Part shown: positions 17,336-26,595 of the stretch, piece after piece
Position numbering within the stretch: position 1 is the stretch's first letter
Layout of the letters: each line of letters starts with the position of its first letter
Source: a virus
Length of the DNA: 58,169 bases
Virus record (IMG/VR): IMGVR_UViG_3300002461_000235
Coordinates: 1-58,169 of that record
Reading direction: 5' to 3' (one strand)
Notes under the pieces: model-generated
What the model was told of the DNA's origin: nothing
The model's database searches: none
Seen by the model: the letters and a program-made list of their open reading frames with translations, nothing else
Made by a program: the position numbers and the translations under genes

Positions 17336-18278
17336 ACATTTAATGAATGGCAATTCTCTGCTCTCCTACGCGCTCTATGATAAAGAGAATGATGACAGGG
17401 CTGCTTTGCGCGCTCAGATTGCTAAGGATACCAACGTAACAGCTCGCTCTGAGCATGAGCCTAAACAGGAAGAAGAAAAAGATGAGCAAGACGCTGACGA
17501 TAAATCAAATAACGAAGGGGACGATGAAGGGGACGGAAAAGAAGAAAAAGATGAAGAAGAAGGCGATGACGGTGAAAAAGTAGAAGAAACTGTTGAAGAA
17601 AAAGAAGCCCGTGAAGCTTCAGAAAAAGAAGCTGCTAAGGCTCAGCGTAAACAGGATAGAATGCAGCGGCGTATTGATGAAGCCATCTCTGCTAAGAAAG
17701 CTGCTGAGGATAAGGTTGCTGCTTTAGAAGCTCAACTTGCTGCTGATCCTGATAAGACTTTGACTGCTGAAGAAATTAAAAAGCAGGCTAAAGCTCTTGC
17801 TGATGAACAGATTAAAGCTAAGGAGCTGGAAACTCTACAAGCTAATTTTCAAAAGAGTTGTGATGATTTGCAGAGCGCAGCCAAGAAAATTGATAAAGAA
17901 TTTGATGACAAGATTGAAGATGTATGTGCTCAGTTTGGTCCTATCCCCTCATTCATGATTGGTGTTCTAGCTGATATGGATAATGGGGGAGAAGTCTTAG
18001 CCTATCTTGCTGACAAGGAAGATGAAGCAGAAAGCATTTGGAGAAAGTCTCCAGCAACCATGACAAGAAAATTGGTTGAAATTTCTAACAAGCTTGTTGA
18101 AGCTAAGAAAAAGCCTAAGAAGCAAATTTCTAAAGTGCCTGATCCTATTGAACCTGTTAAGGGAAGCAGGCAAGTATCATCTGCTATTACTGAGTCAGAT
18201 ACTAAAGATATGGATGTTTATGCAGCTAAGCGACGACAGCAGATAATTGAACGGCGTAAAGCTCAGGGATATAGTTAG
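17328..18278 (+). CDS. scaffolding protein
   Basis: Highly acidic, K/E/A-rich coiled-coil sequence located upstream of the capsid gene. Confidence 0.6.
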   Translation: MLKHLMNGNSLLSYALYDKENDDRAALRAQIAKDTNVTARSEHEPKQEEEKDEQDADDKSNNEGDDEGDGKEEKDEEEGDDGEKVEETVEEKEAREASEKEAAKAQRKQDRMQRRIDEAISAKKAAEDKVAALEAQLAADPDKTLTAEEIKKQAKALADEQIKAKELETLQANFQKSCDDLQSAAKKIDKEFDDKIEDVCAQFGPIPSFMIGVLADMDNGGEVLAYLADKEDEAESIWRKSPATMTRKLVEISNKLVEAKKKPKKQISKVPDPIEPVKGSRQVSSAITESDTKDMDVYAAKRRQQIIERRKAQGYS

Positions 18279-18317
18279 GCTCCTCTACCTGACGCCTCAG
18301 GAATGGAGCTTTAGAGA

Positions 18318-18351
18318 AGTGTGGGCATTCCTCCAAGTGTCCACACTTTTT
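18318..18351 (+). terminator. terminator-like hairpin after the scaffold gene
   Basis: AGTGTGG / CCACACT stem plus TTTTT. Confidence 0.5.
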
Positions 18352-18393
18352 CTATTGACGATATAAAATTTTTAAAATACGAATATTTACATA

Positions 18394-18930
18394 ATGATTA
18401 ATTCTGGCATATATTTAATTTTGAATGCTGATACTAAAAAGTATTACATAGGCTCTGCTATAAATTTTAAAACTAGATTAGAAAATCACTTAAGAAGCTT
18501 AAGAGCTGGATATCATCCTAATAAATATCTTCAAGCATCTTGGAATAAACATGGAGAGGAAGCTTTTACTTTTCATATTTTAGAAAGAGTTGTTGATAAG
18601 GATGCGCTAATTGAACGTGAGCAATATTGGATGGACCTAACCAATTGTTGTAAGACTGGATATAATTTAGCTCCGAAAGCAGGTAATAATTTAGGTTTTA
18701 AATTTAGTGAAGAAAGCATAGCTAGGTTATCTAAAGCTATGACTGGAAAGAAATATAAAAAATACCCCAAAAGAAAATCGAGAGTTTTGACTATAGAAGC
18801 TAGAGCTGAATTATCAGCTAGCATATCTAGACGGCAGTTGGGAAAGAAGCTCCCTGAGAGCCATAAGAAAAATATAGCGGAAGGTATGAAAAAGTCCCAC
18901 GCTTTTAGAAAATCCCTCTTGACGACTTGA
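18394..18930 (+). CDS. free-standing GIY-YIG homing endonuclease
   Basis: GIYLILN...YYIGSA...R...H motifs plus NUMOD3-like repeats (GFKFSEESIARLSKAMTGKK). Confidence 0.85.
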   Translation: MINSGIYLILNADTKKYYIGSAINFKTRLENHLRSLRAGYHPNKYLQASWNKHGEEAFTFHILERVVDKDALIEREQYWMDLTNCCKTGYNLAPKAGNNLGFKFSEESIARLSKAMTGKKYKKYPKRKSRVLTIEARAELSASISRRQLGKKLPESHKKNIAEGMKKSHAFRKSLLTT

Positions 18931-19092
18931 TAATTTTAAAGAATATAGTCGCAAAACGTTTCTTGGTTTCGTATAAACCCTGATTTTTAAACAGCCTTAG
19001 TCCTGTCTGGCTATTGATTGCTTGTTAAAATTGCAGCCTCAAGCATCTGCTATTTCATCATCAATCAATAATTCATTCCATTGAGGGCTAAC

Positions 19093-20337
19093 ATGGCTAA
19101 TTCTTATCTCACTATCGATATGATTACTGCTGAAGCAGTAATGTTGTTTAAGAATAGTAACCTGTTCATTATGAACATGGATACGCAGTATGACAAATCT
19201 TTCGCCATTGATGGCGCAAAGATTGGTGATACTCTTCGCATTCGTCTGCCGTCTGACTTTGTTGTTACTGATGGTCCTGCGATGCAGCTTCAGGACAATA
19301 CTCAGCAGTACACCAGCCTCACTGTTTCTTCTCAGAAAAACGTTGCTACGCCGTATAGCACGGCTGAGCGTACCATGAGCATTGATAACTATTCTGAGCT
19401 GGTAGTAGCTCCGATGGTTAGCGCTCTTTGCGGTAAGGTTGCCTCCACCATTATGCGCGGCTCTGAAGGTGGCGTTTGCAACCTTGTTAGCAATGTTGAT
19501 GGCGCTGGTACTATCATCTCTCCGACTATGGATCAGTTTACGGGAGCTAACGCTGTTCTTGATGATCAGGGAGCTTCTATGCTTGATCGTCGCTGCGTTA
19601 ATGATCCTACTACTGATGCACGTACAGTTAGCTCTCTTGCTGGCTTACTTAACCCGGCTACTGAAATCTCAGCTCAGTTTCGCTCAGGTATGATGAAGTC
19701 TGGTTTAGGTTTTGATCGTTTCTTCCGCGATCAAACTGTGATTAAGCATACTACTGGTACTTTCTCTGCTGGCGGTACTATTAATGGTGGTGGTCAGACT
19801 ACCGGAACTGGTGGCGGTAACATTACCGTTAATGCTATCACTGGCACCTTTAAGAAGGGTGACATTATTGCGATTGCTGGCGTTAATGCCGTCAATCGCG
19901 TTACCAAGGACAGCCTTGGTACATTGCGTCAGTTCGTTATTACTGCTGATGTTGCTACCGCTGCTACCGTCCTGCCGATTTACCCCGGCTTGATTGGTCC
20001 TGTTGGTGGTGTTGCTGGTGGTGCGGATCAGCAGTATCAGACTGTTGATGCTCTGCCCCTAAATGGCGCGGCTGTTGCTTTAGTTACTCCTGCTTCTTCT
20101 GTGTATCGCAAGTCTCTTGCCTACACTCAGAAGGCTGTTACTATGGCTTCTGCTGACTTAGTTATGCCTAAGAAGGCAGTTGAGGAAGCGGCTCGCACCA
20201 GCTTTGATGGTGTCTCTATGCGTATGTTAACTGACTATCTCCCGCTGACGGATCAGTTAGCTACCCGTTTGGATGTGTTATTCGGGTTCAAATATATCCG
20301 CCCCGAGTGGCTCTGCGTTATCGCAGATAAAGTATAA
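19093..20337 (+). CDS. major capsid protein, P22-coat-like
   Basis: GAGGG RBS before the ATG at 19093. The segment TFKKGDIIAIAGVNAV...FVITADV parallels P22 gp5 GMKRGDKISFAGVKFL...FSVVRVV. Confidence 0.8.
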   Translation: MANSYLTIDMITAEAVMLFKNSNLFIMNMDTQYDKSFAIDGAKIGDTLRIRLPSDFVVTDGPAMQLQDNTQQYTSLTVSSQKNVATPYSTAERTMSIDNYSELVVAPMVSALCGKVASTIMRGSEGGVCNLVSNVDGAGTIISPTMDQFTGANAVLDDQGASMLDRRCVNDPTTDARTVSSLAGLLNPATEISAQFRSGMMKSGLGFDRFFRDQTVIKHTTGTFSAGGTINGGGQTTGTGGGNITVNAITGTFKKGDIIAIAGVNAVNRVTKDSLGTLRQFVITADVATAATVLPIYPGLIGPVGGVAGGADQQYQTVDALPLNGAAVALVTPASSVYRKSLAYTQKAVTMASADLVMPKKAVEEAARTSFDGVSMRMLTDYLPLTDQLATRLDVLFGFKYIRPEWLCVIADKV

Positions 20338-20380
20338 TTGACTAATTACCAGCAATTATATTTCAAAAAGTAAAGGTTGC

Positions 20381-20435
20381 TTTCATCCATTCAGGACTTT
20401 AGAATTTATTTTTCTTTAGACCTGAATGGATGAAA
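20381..20435 (+). promoter_or_regulatory. perfect 15-bp hairpin (TTTCATCCATTCAGG / CCTGAATGGATGAAA) ending 4 nt before the endonuclease ATG
   Basis: Inverted repeat read directly, followed by TTTT; covers the RBS region. Confidence 0.7.
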
Positions 20436-20439
20436 TTTT

Positions 20440-20898
20440 ATGAAATGCAAAGTAGACGGTTGCGAGCGGCAAGCTTACGGTAAAGGTTGGTGCCGTCCTC
20501 ATTGGTGGAGGATGCATAAATACGGTAGACTAGAAAAAGTCATAGGACTAATAAAAGGAAATTGTACAGTAGAAGGCTGTAACGAAAAAATCAAAGGTTT
20601 GGGACTTTGTAAAAATCACTATCAGTCTTTTAAATTATATGGTGTGCATCCTAATGAATATAATGAAAAATTAAAGAAACAGAACTATGTTTGCGCTATT
20701 TGTGAGGAGCCTGAGACTGCACTATTTAGAAATATAGAAGGCAAAGTTAAGAAATTATCTCAGGATCATTGCCATACTACTGGAAAAATAAGAGACTTGC
20801 TTTGCACCAGATGTAATCATTTTATTGGTAGAGTTAATGAAAGTGTGGAGCTTTTAGAAAAAATGAAACAATATTTAATTAGACACAAGGAAAATTAA
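20440..20898 (+). CDS. endonuclease VII / HNH-type homing endonuclease
   Basis: CAICEEP...LSQDHCHTTGKIRDLLCTRCNHFIG matches the Endonuclease_7 pattern; N-terminal CxxH-type repeats. Confidence 0.8.
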   Translation: MKCKVDGCERQAYGKGWCRPHWWRMHKYGRLEKVIGLIKGNCTVEGCNEKIKGLGLCKNHYQSFKLYGVHPNEYNEKLKKQNYVCAICEEPETALFRNIEGKVKKLSQDHCHTTGKIRDLLCTRCNHFIGRVNESVELLEKMKQYLIRHKEN

Positions 20899-20900
20899 AA

Positions 20901-21188
20901 ATGGCTATCGTCGCGTTTCCTGAGCCTCAAGATTTGAAATTAGAATTTAAAGATATGGTATTAGATGGAAGGAATATTGACTTGAACCCTTATTCTGTTG
21001 CAAACCCGCATCCCGGCTTTGGCACTGATCCTAATATTTTAAATGAATTTGGACATACCAAGTATCCTATGTGGGTAAATGGTCAGATTGCCAATAATGA
21101 AGCTGAAGAGAAAGCGCTTAAGGGAGAGCCTTCTGTACCTGCGGCTCCAGCTCCAGCTACTACCTCTAATCCTTGGCCTACTAAATAA
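20901..21188 (+). CDS. hypothetical virion protein
   Basis: ORF-track ORF. Confidence 0.55.
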   Translation: MAIVAFPEPQDLKLEFKDMVLDGRNIDLNPYSVANPHPGFGTDPNILNEFGHTKYPMWVNGQIANNEAEEKALKGEPSVPAAPAPATTSNPWPTK

Positions 21189-22160
21189 ATGACAACAGCC
21201 CGCGAATTTATCGAATTTGCGCTAAGAGAAGCTGGAGTAGTTGGCTTAGGTCAAACTGCCAATCCTCAAGATATCAATGGAGGGTTTAGGCTTCTTCATA
21301 TGATGTTGGCTGGCTGGCAGAAACAGCGTTGGTTGGTTCCTAATCTTATTGATACTGCTGCAATTGGTAATGGTTCAATTTCCAATCGTATTGGGCCGGG
21401 ACAATATTATAACGCGCAACGTCCTGATAAAATTCAATCTGCTTATTTTAAACAAATAGCAGCCAGTAATGAAGTCAGCTATCCTTTAATTCCAATTTGG
21501 AGTTATGAGGATTACGTTAAAATCCAAATGAAGAATTTGGAGAGCTGGCCTAGCTATTACTTTTACGACGCTGCGTTTCCTTATGGTAATGTTTTTATTT
21601 GGCCTATCCCCACATCTGATTATGAAATTCATTTAATTACCAAAGGTCCTATTAATTTTACTATGCAATTGCAAGCTGGTGAAATCATTTCTGGTGGAGC
21701 TGGCTATACTAGTGGTTTATATCCTGCTGTTCCGTTTATCAATGTGAGCAGCTTAGGCGGTGATGGTACAGCAGACGTTACTGTAGTTGGTGGAATAGTG
21801 ACAGCAGTTACTATTGCTGCTGGAGGAGATGGTTATAAAATCAATGACATTTTATCGTTTGATACAACCATTATTGGCGCTGGTGCTGGTATATTGTGGC
21901 GAGTGAATAACGTAACTGACAGCCTTGATGCTGTGTTTAATATGCCTCCTGAATATGAGGAAGCTATTCATTATAATTTATGCGTTAGGCTTGTAGCTCA
22001 CTACCAGTATGCTCCTAATCCAGTTCAAGGAAAGCTTGCTGTGCTCGCTCTAAATCGTCTTAAAAATTCCAATTCTCAAATCTCTAAGCTTCAAATGCCG
22101 GGAAGCTTACGATTTGGAAAAGGTAACAGCTTTTACATTTATAACGCTGATGCATACTAA
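21189..22160 (+). CDS. P22 gp4-like head-to-tail adaptor with an inserted Gly-rich domain
   Basis: N-terminus (ALREAGVVG...MMLAGW) and C-terminus (MPGSLRFGKGNSF) parallel P22 gp4 (ALRKLGV...MMAEW, RMPTGSGNSF). Confidence 0.55.
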   Translation: MTTAREFIEFALREAGVVGLGQTANPQDINGGFRLLHMMLAGWQKQRWLVPNLIDTAAIGNGSISNRIGPGQYYNAQRPDKIQSAYFKQIAASNEVSYPLIPIWSYEDYVKIQMKNLESWPSYYFYDAAFPYGNVFIWPIPTSDYEIHLITKGPINFTMQLQAGEIISGGAGYTSGLYPAVPFINVSSLGGDGTADVTVVGGIVTAVTIAAGGDGYKINDILSFDTTIIGAGAGILWRVNNVTDSLDAVFNMPPEYEEAIHYNLCVRLVAHYQYAPNPVQGKLAVLALNRLKNSNSQISKLQMPGSLRFGKGNSFYIYNADAY

Positions 22161-23624
22161 ATGGTTAAATCTAGTACATCAAGAATAGAGCTAATAAGTT
22201 CTGCTTACGATGGCAAAAGTATAATTGCGTCTGGACAGGAATGCGTTAATTTATATCCTGAAATAAATCAGCGCGATCCTCAAGCTCCAGCTAAAGTGAC
22301 TTATTATCCTACTCCCGGTACAGTGCTGTACGCTACACCTACTGTAGCTGATAACTCTAGAGGCTGCTACCGTACTAGTTTAGGTACTGCATTTTATGTA
22401 GTTAGACAAAATGTTTATTTTCTCAGCTCTACTGGAGTTTTAATTCTTATTGGGGCTATAGCAGATAGACAGAGCCAGATTAAATTTGCTGATAATGGTA
22501 TTGTCTGCGTAATGGTAGATGGTTTAAATGGATATGTGATAGACCTAGCTACTAATGCTTTGGGTATTATAACTGATCCTAATTTCTATGGAGCTGATTA
22601 TGTAGCTTTATTGGATACGTTTTTTATTTTTAATAATCCTGGGACAAATCAATTTTATATTAGTACGTCAAATGCTAGCTATTTATTGCTTACTACAGTT
22701 GGCGCGTTTGATCCATTAGACATTGCGGCCAAATCAGGCTTCAGTGACCCTATTGTGGGCATTGTTGCTGTACATCGTGAGCTTCAATTAATTGGAGCGT
22801 TGACTACTGAAACTTGGATTGGTACTGGAGCTGCTGATTTTTACTTTCAACAGCAGCAAGGCGCTTATATCAATCATGGTTGCGCAGCTCAATTTTCTAT
22901 AGCAACTCTAGATGTTTTAGCATTCTTCATTATGCAGGATCAGCAAGGAAGTGGAATTGTAGTACAATTACAAGGATACGATGTATCTGAAATTTCCACT
23001 CCTCGTATTGTCAATATGATTAGAAGCTATGCTAGTTTTGAAGATGCTATTGGCTTCTGTTTTCAACTCGATGGGCACGCTTTTTATGCGTTAGTATTTC
23101 CTACTGCTAGTAAAGGCTTGGTATATGATATTGGATTTAAACAATGGTTAGAGTGGAATTGGAATGACGAAAATGGAAATTTCTTAAGACCTAGGCTCAA
23201 TTGCGCTATGTTTGTTAATGGTAAGAATGTTGGTGGTGATTGGGAGAATGGAAAACTTTTAGAATTAGATATTAATGCTTATACTGATGAAGGTACTCCT
23301 ATTGTTAGAGTTAGAACTTTTCCTCATATGACTGCTGATGGTAAAAAGATTAGCTATCTTAATTTTCAAGCTGATATTGAGCCGGGAACGATCACTGATC
23401 AAGAGGAGGACCCTCAAATAAGTTTAAGTTGGTCGGATGATAAAGGAAGGACTTACGGCAATCCAATTATGCAGAGTATGGGAAAAACTGGAGAATATAC
23501 CATAGTTCCTTCTTGGAATAATCTAGGACAAGCCAGAGATAGGGTATTTAAATTATCTTGGTCTATTGATGCTGAGACAGCATTAAACGGTGGATTTATG
23601 ACCGCTAAGGCTTCTGCTAAATGA
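22161..23624 (+). CDS. P22 gp10-like tail hub / DNA stabilisation protein
   Basis: Size and the segment TPRIVNMIRSYASFEDAIGFCFQLDGHAFYALVFP parallel P22 gp10 IEKIIRSYTAEEMATGVMETLRFDSHELLIIHLP. Confidence 0.6.
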   Translation: MVKSSTSRIELISSAYDGKSIIASGQECVNLYPEINQRDPQAPAKVTYYPTPGTVLYATPTVADNSRGCYRTSLGTAFYVVRQNVYFLSSTGVLILIGAIADRQSQIKFADNGIVCVMVDGLNGYVIDLATNALGIITDPNFYGADYVALLDTFFIFNNPGTNQFYISTSNASYLLLTTVGAFDPLDIAAKSGFSDPIVGIVAVHRELQLIGALTTETWIGTGAADFYFQQQQGAYINHGCAAQFSIATLDVLAFFIMQDQQGSGIVVQLQGYDVSEISTPRIVNMIRSYASFEDAIGFCFQLDGHAFYALVFPTASKGLVYDIGFKQWLEWNWNDENGNFLRPRLNCAMFVNGKNVGGDWENGKLLELDINAYTDEGTPIVRVRTFPHMTADGKKISYLNFQADIEPGTITDQEEDPQISLSWSDDKGRTYGNPIMQSMGKTGEYTIVPSWNNLGQARDRVFKLSWSIDAETALNGGFMTAKASAK

Positions 23625-23947
23625 CTTTACCTGTAGCTAATTTAAATTCACCAATAGTAGAAATTAAAAAGGATGCTAAGGGGCTTCTTAAAGGATATCT
23701 TCTTGCTCCTTGGAATAGCTTCTTTCAACAATTCGTTGAGCCTGCCCCTTCTATTGCTGATTTCAGTTCTACTAATCCACTTACTGTTAATGCCAATGGT
23801 AATGTTATTTTGACTGGAGCTGTTACTGTTAATTTGACTAGAGGGCCAGTCACTATAAACTTAAATGGCGAACGCATCATTCCTGTTTCTGTTGGGGATA
23901 CTGTTAGCTGGACTGGACCTGCTACAGTTCAATTCTTGGGGAATTAA
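23621..23947 (+). CDS. hypothetical tail protein
   Basis: ORF-track ORF, 4-nt overlap. Confidence 0.55.
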   Translation: MTLPVANLNSPIVEIKKDAKGLLKGYLLAPWNSFFQQFVEPAPSIADFSSTNPLTVNANGNVILTGAVTVNLTRGPVTINLNGERIIPVSVGDTVSWTGPATVQFLGN

Positions 23948-23949
23948 AA

Positions 23950-24381
23950 ATGGATTTGCAAACTAAAGATTTTTTAAGAACTAAAGTTCTTAATCTTGAA
24001 GCTGCGATGCTTCGGTATCCACAATTAGAATTAAAAGTCATTCACCACTTCTCTAAAGGAGTTTATGCTAGAGAGCTTCATATTCCTGCTGGCGTCACTT
24101 TAGTCGGAGAAATCCACAAGTTTGAAAATTTAAATATTTTGTCAGCCGGAACTATGCTAGTTACAACTGAGGAAGGGATGAAAGAAGTTTCGGCTCCATT
24201 TACTGTAGTGTCTCCTCCCGGTACTAAGCGAGCTGCCCACACTATTACCGAATGTGTTTGGACTACTATTCACGGTACTGAAGAACGCGATGTTAATTTA
24301 ATCAAAGATCATTTCCTTGCTACAAGCGAACAAGAGTGGTTAGAGTTTTGCAACACTAATCAATTGGAATTTAAATTATGA
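23950..24381 (+). CDS. hypothetical protein, cupin-like pattern
   Basis: ORF-track ORF; HHFSKGVYARELHIPAGVTLVGEIHK pattern. Confidence 0.5.
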   Translation: MDLQTKDFLRTKVLNLEAAMLRYPQLELKVIHHFSKGVYARELHIPAGVTLVGEIHKFENLNILSAGTMLVTTEEGMKEVSAPFTVVSPPGTKRAAHTITECVWTTIHGTEERDVNLIKDHFLATSEQEWLEFCNTNQLEFKL

Positions 24382-24443
24382 TGCTATTTATTTTTATGAA
24401 TGTTATGTACGCAGAATATTTAAAACTTATTGGATTTAAATAA

Positions 24444-25205
24444 ATGATTATGAGCAGGGTCAAATTTGAATTTGAGTTTATAGACCCTTGCTTGTGCAAT
24501 GCTTGGGTAGCAACGGCAGTTATAGGATCAGCGGTTATTGGGGCTGGTGCTACAATATGGGGAGCTGATAAAGCCGCTGATGCTCAAAAAGACGCAGCAG
24601 CGCAATCTGCTGGCATATCGCGCGAAATGTATGAAAAGACTAGAGGGGATTTAACCCCTTACCGCGTTGTTGGTGAAGATGCTAGCGCTAGAATGGGAGT
24701 TAGGCTTAGTGAATTAACTGATCCTATTAGCGTAAACCCTGATGATTTTTTAGGTAGTGATTATTACAAATTCTTAGAAAAAGAAGGCAATAGAGCTGTA
24801 ACTAATTCGGCTGCTGCTAGAGGCTTGGCTAGCTCTGGAGCAGCATTAAAAGGTGCTGCTGCATTTGCTAAAGGACTAAACAGTCAAGAATGGAAATCTA
24901 ATTTTGAAATGCAGCGAGCTAATAAAGGAGATGCGTATACTAGATTAAAAGGACTAATCGATACTGGACATACGGCCGCTGCTGGTACGGGTACGGCTGG
25001 CACTGCTTCTGCCGCTCAACAAGGTAGCGCTGCTATTGGAGCTGGTAATGCTGGAGCCGCAGCAGCCAATGCTACTGGTGGAGCTTTGAGCACTATGGCC
25101 GGTAATATTGGTGGATATGCGATGTATCAAGGAATGTACGGTAATTCTGGTAGTGGTGGAATTACTTATGGTGGACCTAGCGGTCCTACTGCGTTTAGAG
25201 CTTAG
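24444..25205 (+). CDS. internal virion / ejection-type protein with an N-terminal TM helix and an A/G-rich tail
   Basis: Position between the tail hub and fibre, plus composition. Confidence 0.5.
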   Translation: MIMSRVKFEFEFIDPCLCNAWVATAVIGSAVIGAGATIWGADKAADAQKDAAAQSAGISREMYEKTRGDLTPYRVVGEDASARMGVRLSELTDPISVNPDDFLGSDYYKFLEKEGNRAVTNSAAARGLASSGAALKGAAAFAKGLNSQEWKSNFEMQRANKGDAYTRLKGLIDTGHTAAAGTGTAGTASAAQQGSAAIGAGNAGAAAANATGGALSTMAGNIGGYAMYQGMYGNSGSGGITYGGPSGPTAFRA

Positions 25206-25216
25206 GATATTTTTAA

Positions 25217-26593
25217 ATGGCTGAAATTGATGTTTCTTCATATCCTAAAGCAGGAATGCCAGTATCTCCTTTAGATACTGCGGCTAAAGTTGGCGCATTG
25301 CAGCAGCAAAAGTTACAAATCGATGCTGCTAAGATGGACCAAGCTAACAAAGCTTTAGGGTTTATGACTAGAGCTATGGGCAGTCTTGGTCCTAATGCGA
25401 CCAAAGAGGAATATGCTGCTGTAGCACAAAACGCAGTACAGCAAGGCTTAGTGCCTCAGCAACAATTAAATTCTTATATGGATAGGCTTCAAAAAGCTCC
25501 TACTCCTCAGGCTTTCTATAATGAATTTATTACTGCTGCTTCTGAAACTCAAAAGCAGATGGACTATCATTTAGGACAAAGGCAAGATGTTGGAGATGGT
25601 CAGACTGTCACTCCTGCTGTAACCAGCGTTAAGCCGGGATTTGGTGTTAGACCTGTAGGATTGCCAGTGCAGCAGCAGGCTCCTCCGACTACGCCAACAA
25701 TGGACCCTGTTTCAGGACAGCCGCGATTATTAGGCCCTCAGCCAGCAGCTATTCCTGAAGGGGCTGCTCCTGCCAATACCGGCTTCCCCGGTCAGTTTAA
25801 ACCGGCTGGCGCGCGTCCTATGCCTGTTGAGCCTATGGCTCCTCCAGCTCGCACAACCGGCCCTACAGGGCCTACCGTGAGAACGGATAGCGGGCCTGAT
25901 ACTTTTGATGGTCGCTTTGCAGCATCGTTTCCTAAGCCTGCTGGCCCTGCTACTGGACCTACGCCGCTATTCGAGGAAGGCAAAAAAGCGTATACTGAAG
26001 ATCAGAGAAATGCAGGACAACGAGCTTTTGCAATCAAGCCTGCTATTCAGGCTTTAAAATTAATGCCGGGACTAGCTACAGGTCCGGGTACTGATCAATT
26101 CACCAATTTAGTTGCTGCTGCTAAAGCTTGGGGTATTGTCGATACCAAAGCTGAAAATGACCCTACAGTGTTAAGGCAGGAATTAAACAAAAAACTTGCT
26201 CAGTATGTGGGCAGCAGTCCTATTGGACAACGCTCAGATGCAGCTCAGACGTTAGCTGAAGCAGGTTCTCCTAATCCTAAGGTGCAAGTTACTCAAGCTT
26301 TACAGAATTTAACTAGAGATGCCATTGCTCTAGATAGGGTTCAAATTTTAAAGCCTCAAGCTTTTAAAACTCAGAAGTTTGATGATTATATTAAGCATGG
26401 TGGCACTTTTCCAACATCAGTAGACGAGAAAGCTCTAACTTTAGATTTAATGGATGAAAAAGAAAGAGATAAATTAGTAGCTAAAATGAAGTTAGATTAT
26501 CGCAATGGTGATAATGTTGCTAAGAAAAAAGCAACTCGTTTCTTTGAAACTGTTGATTTAGCTAAAAATGCAAAAATTTATGACGTGGATTAA
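25217..26593 (+). CDS. internal virion / ejection-type protein with a Pro-rich centre
   Basis: Position and composition. Confidence 0.5.
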   Translation: MAEIDVSSYPKAGMPVSPLDTAAKVGALQQQKLQIDAAKMDQANKALGFMTRAMGSLGPNATKEEYAAVAQNAVQQGLVPQQQLNSYMDRLQKAPTPQAFYNEFITAASETQKQMDYHLGQRQDVGDGQTVTPAVTSVKPGFGVRPVGLPVQQQAPPTTPTMDPVSGQPRLLGPQPAAIPEGAAPANTGFPGQFKPAGARPMPVEPMAPPARTTGPTGPTVRTDSGPDTFDGRFAASFPKPAGPATGPTPLFEEGKKAYTEDQRNAGQRAFAIKPAIQALKLMPGLATGPGTDQFTNLVAAAKAWGIVDTKAENDPTVLRQELNKKLAQYVGSSPIGQRSDAAQTLAEAGSPNPKVQVTQALQNLTRDAIALDRVQILKPQAFKTQKFDDYIKHGGTFPTSVDEKALTLDLMDEKERDKLVAKMKLDYRNGDNVAKKKATRFFETVDLAKNAKIYDVD

Positions 26594-26595
26594 AA

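Noticed and set aside
19081-19092. TTG start for the capsid gene, as given in the ORF track
   Set aside because: The GAGGG Shine-Dalgarno sequence at 19083-19087 is positioned for the ATG at 19093 (MANSYLTIDM...). The TTG at 19081 has no RBS.
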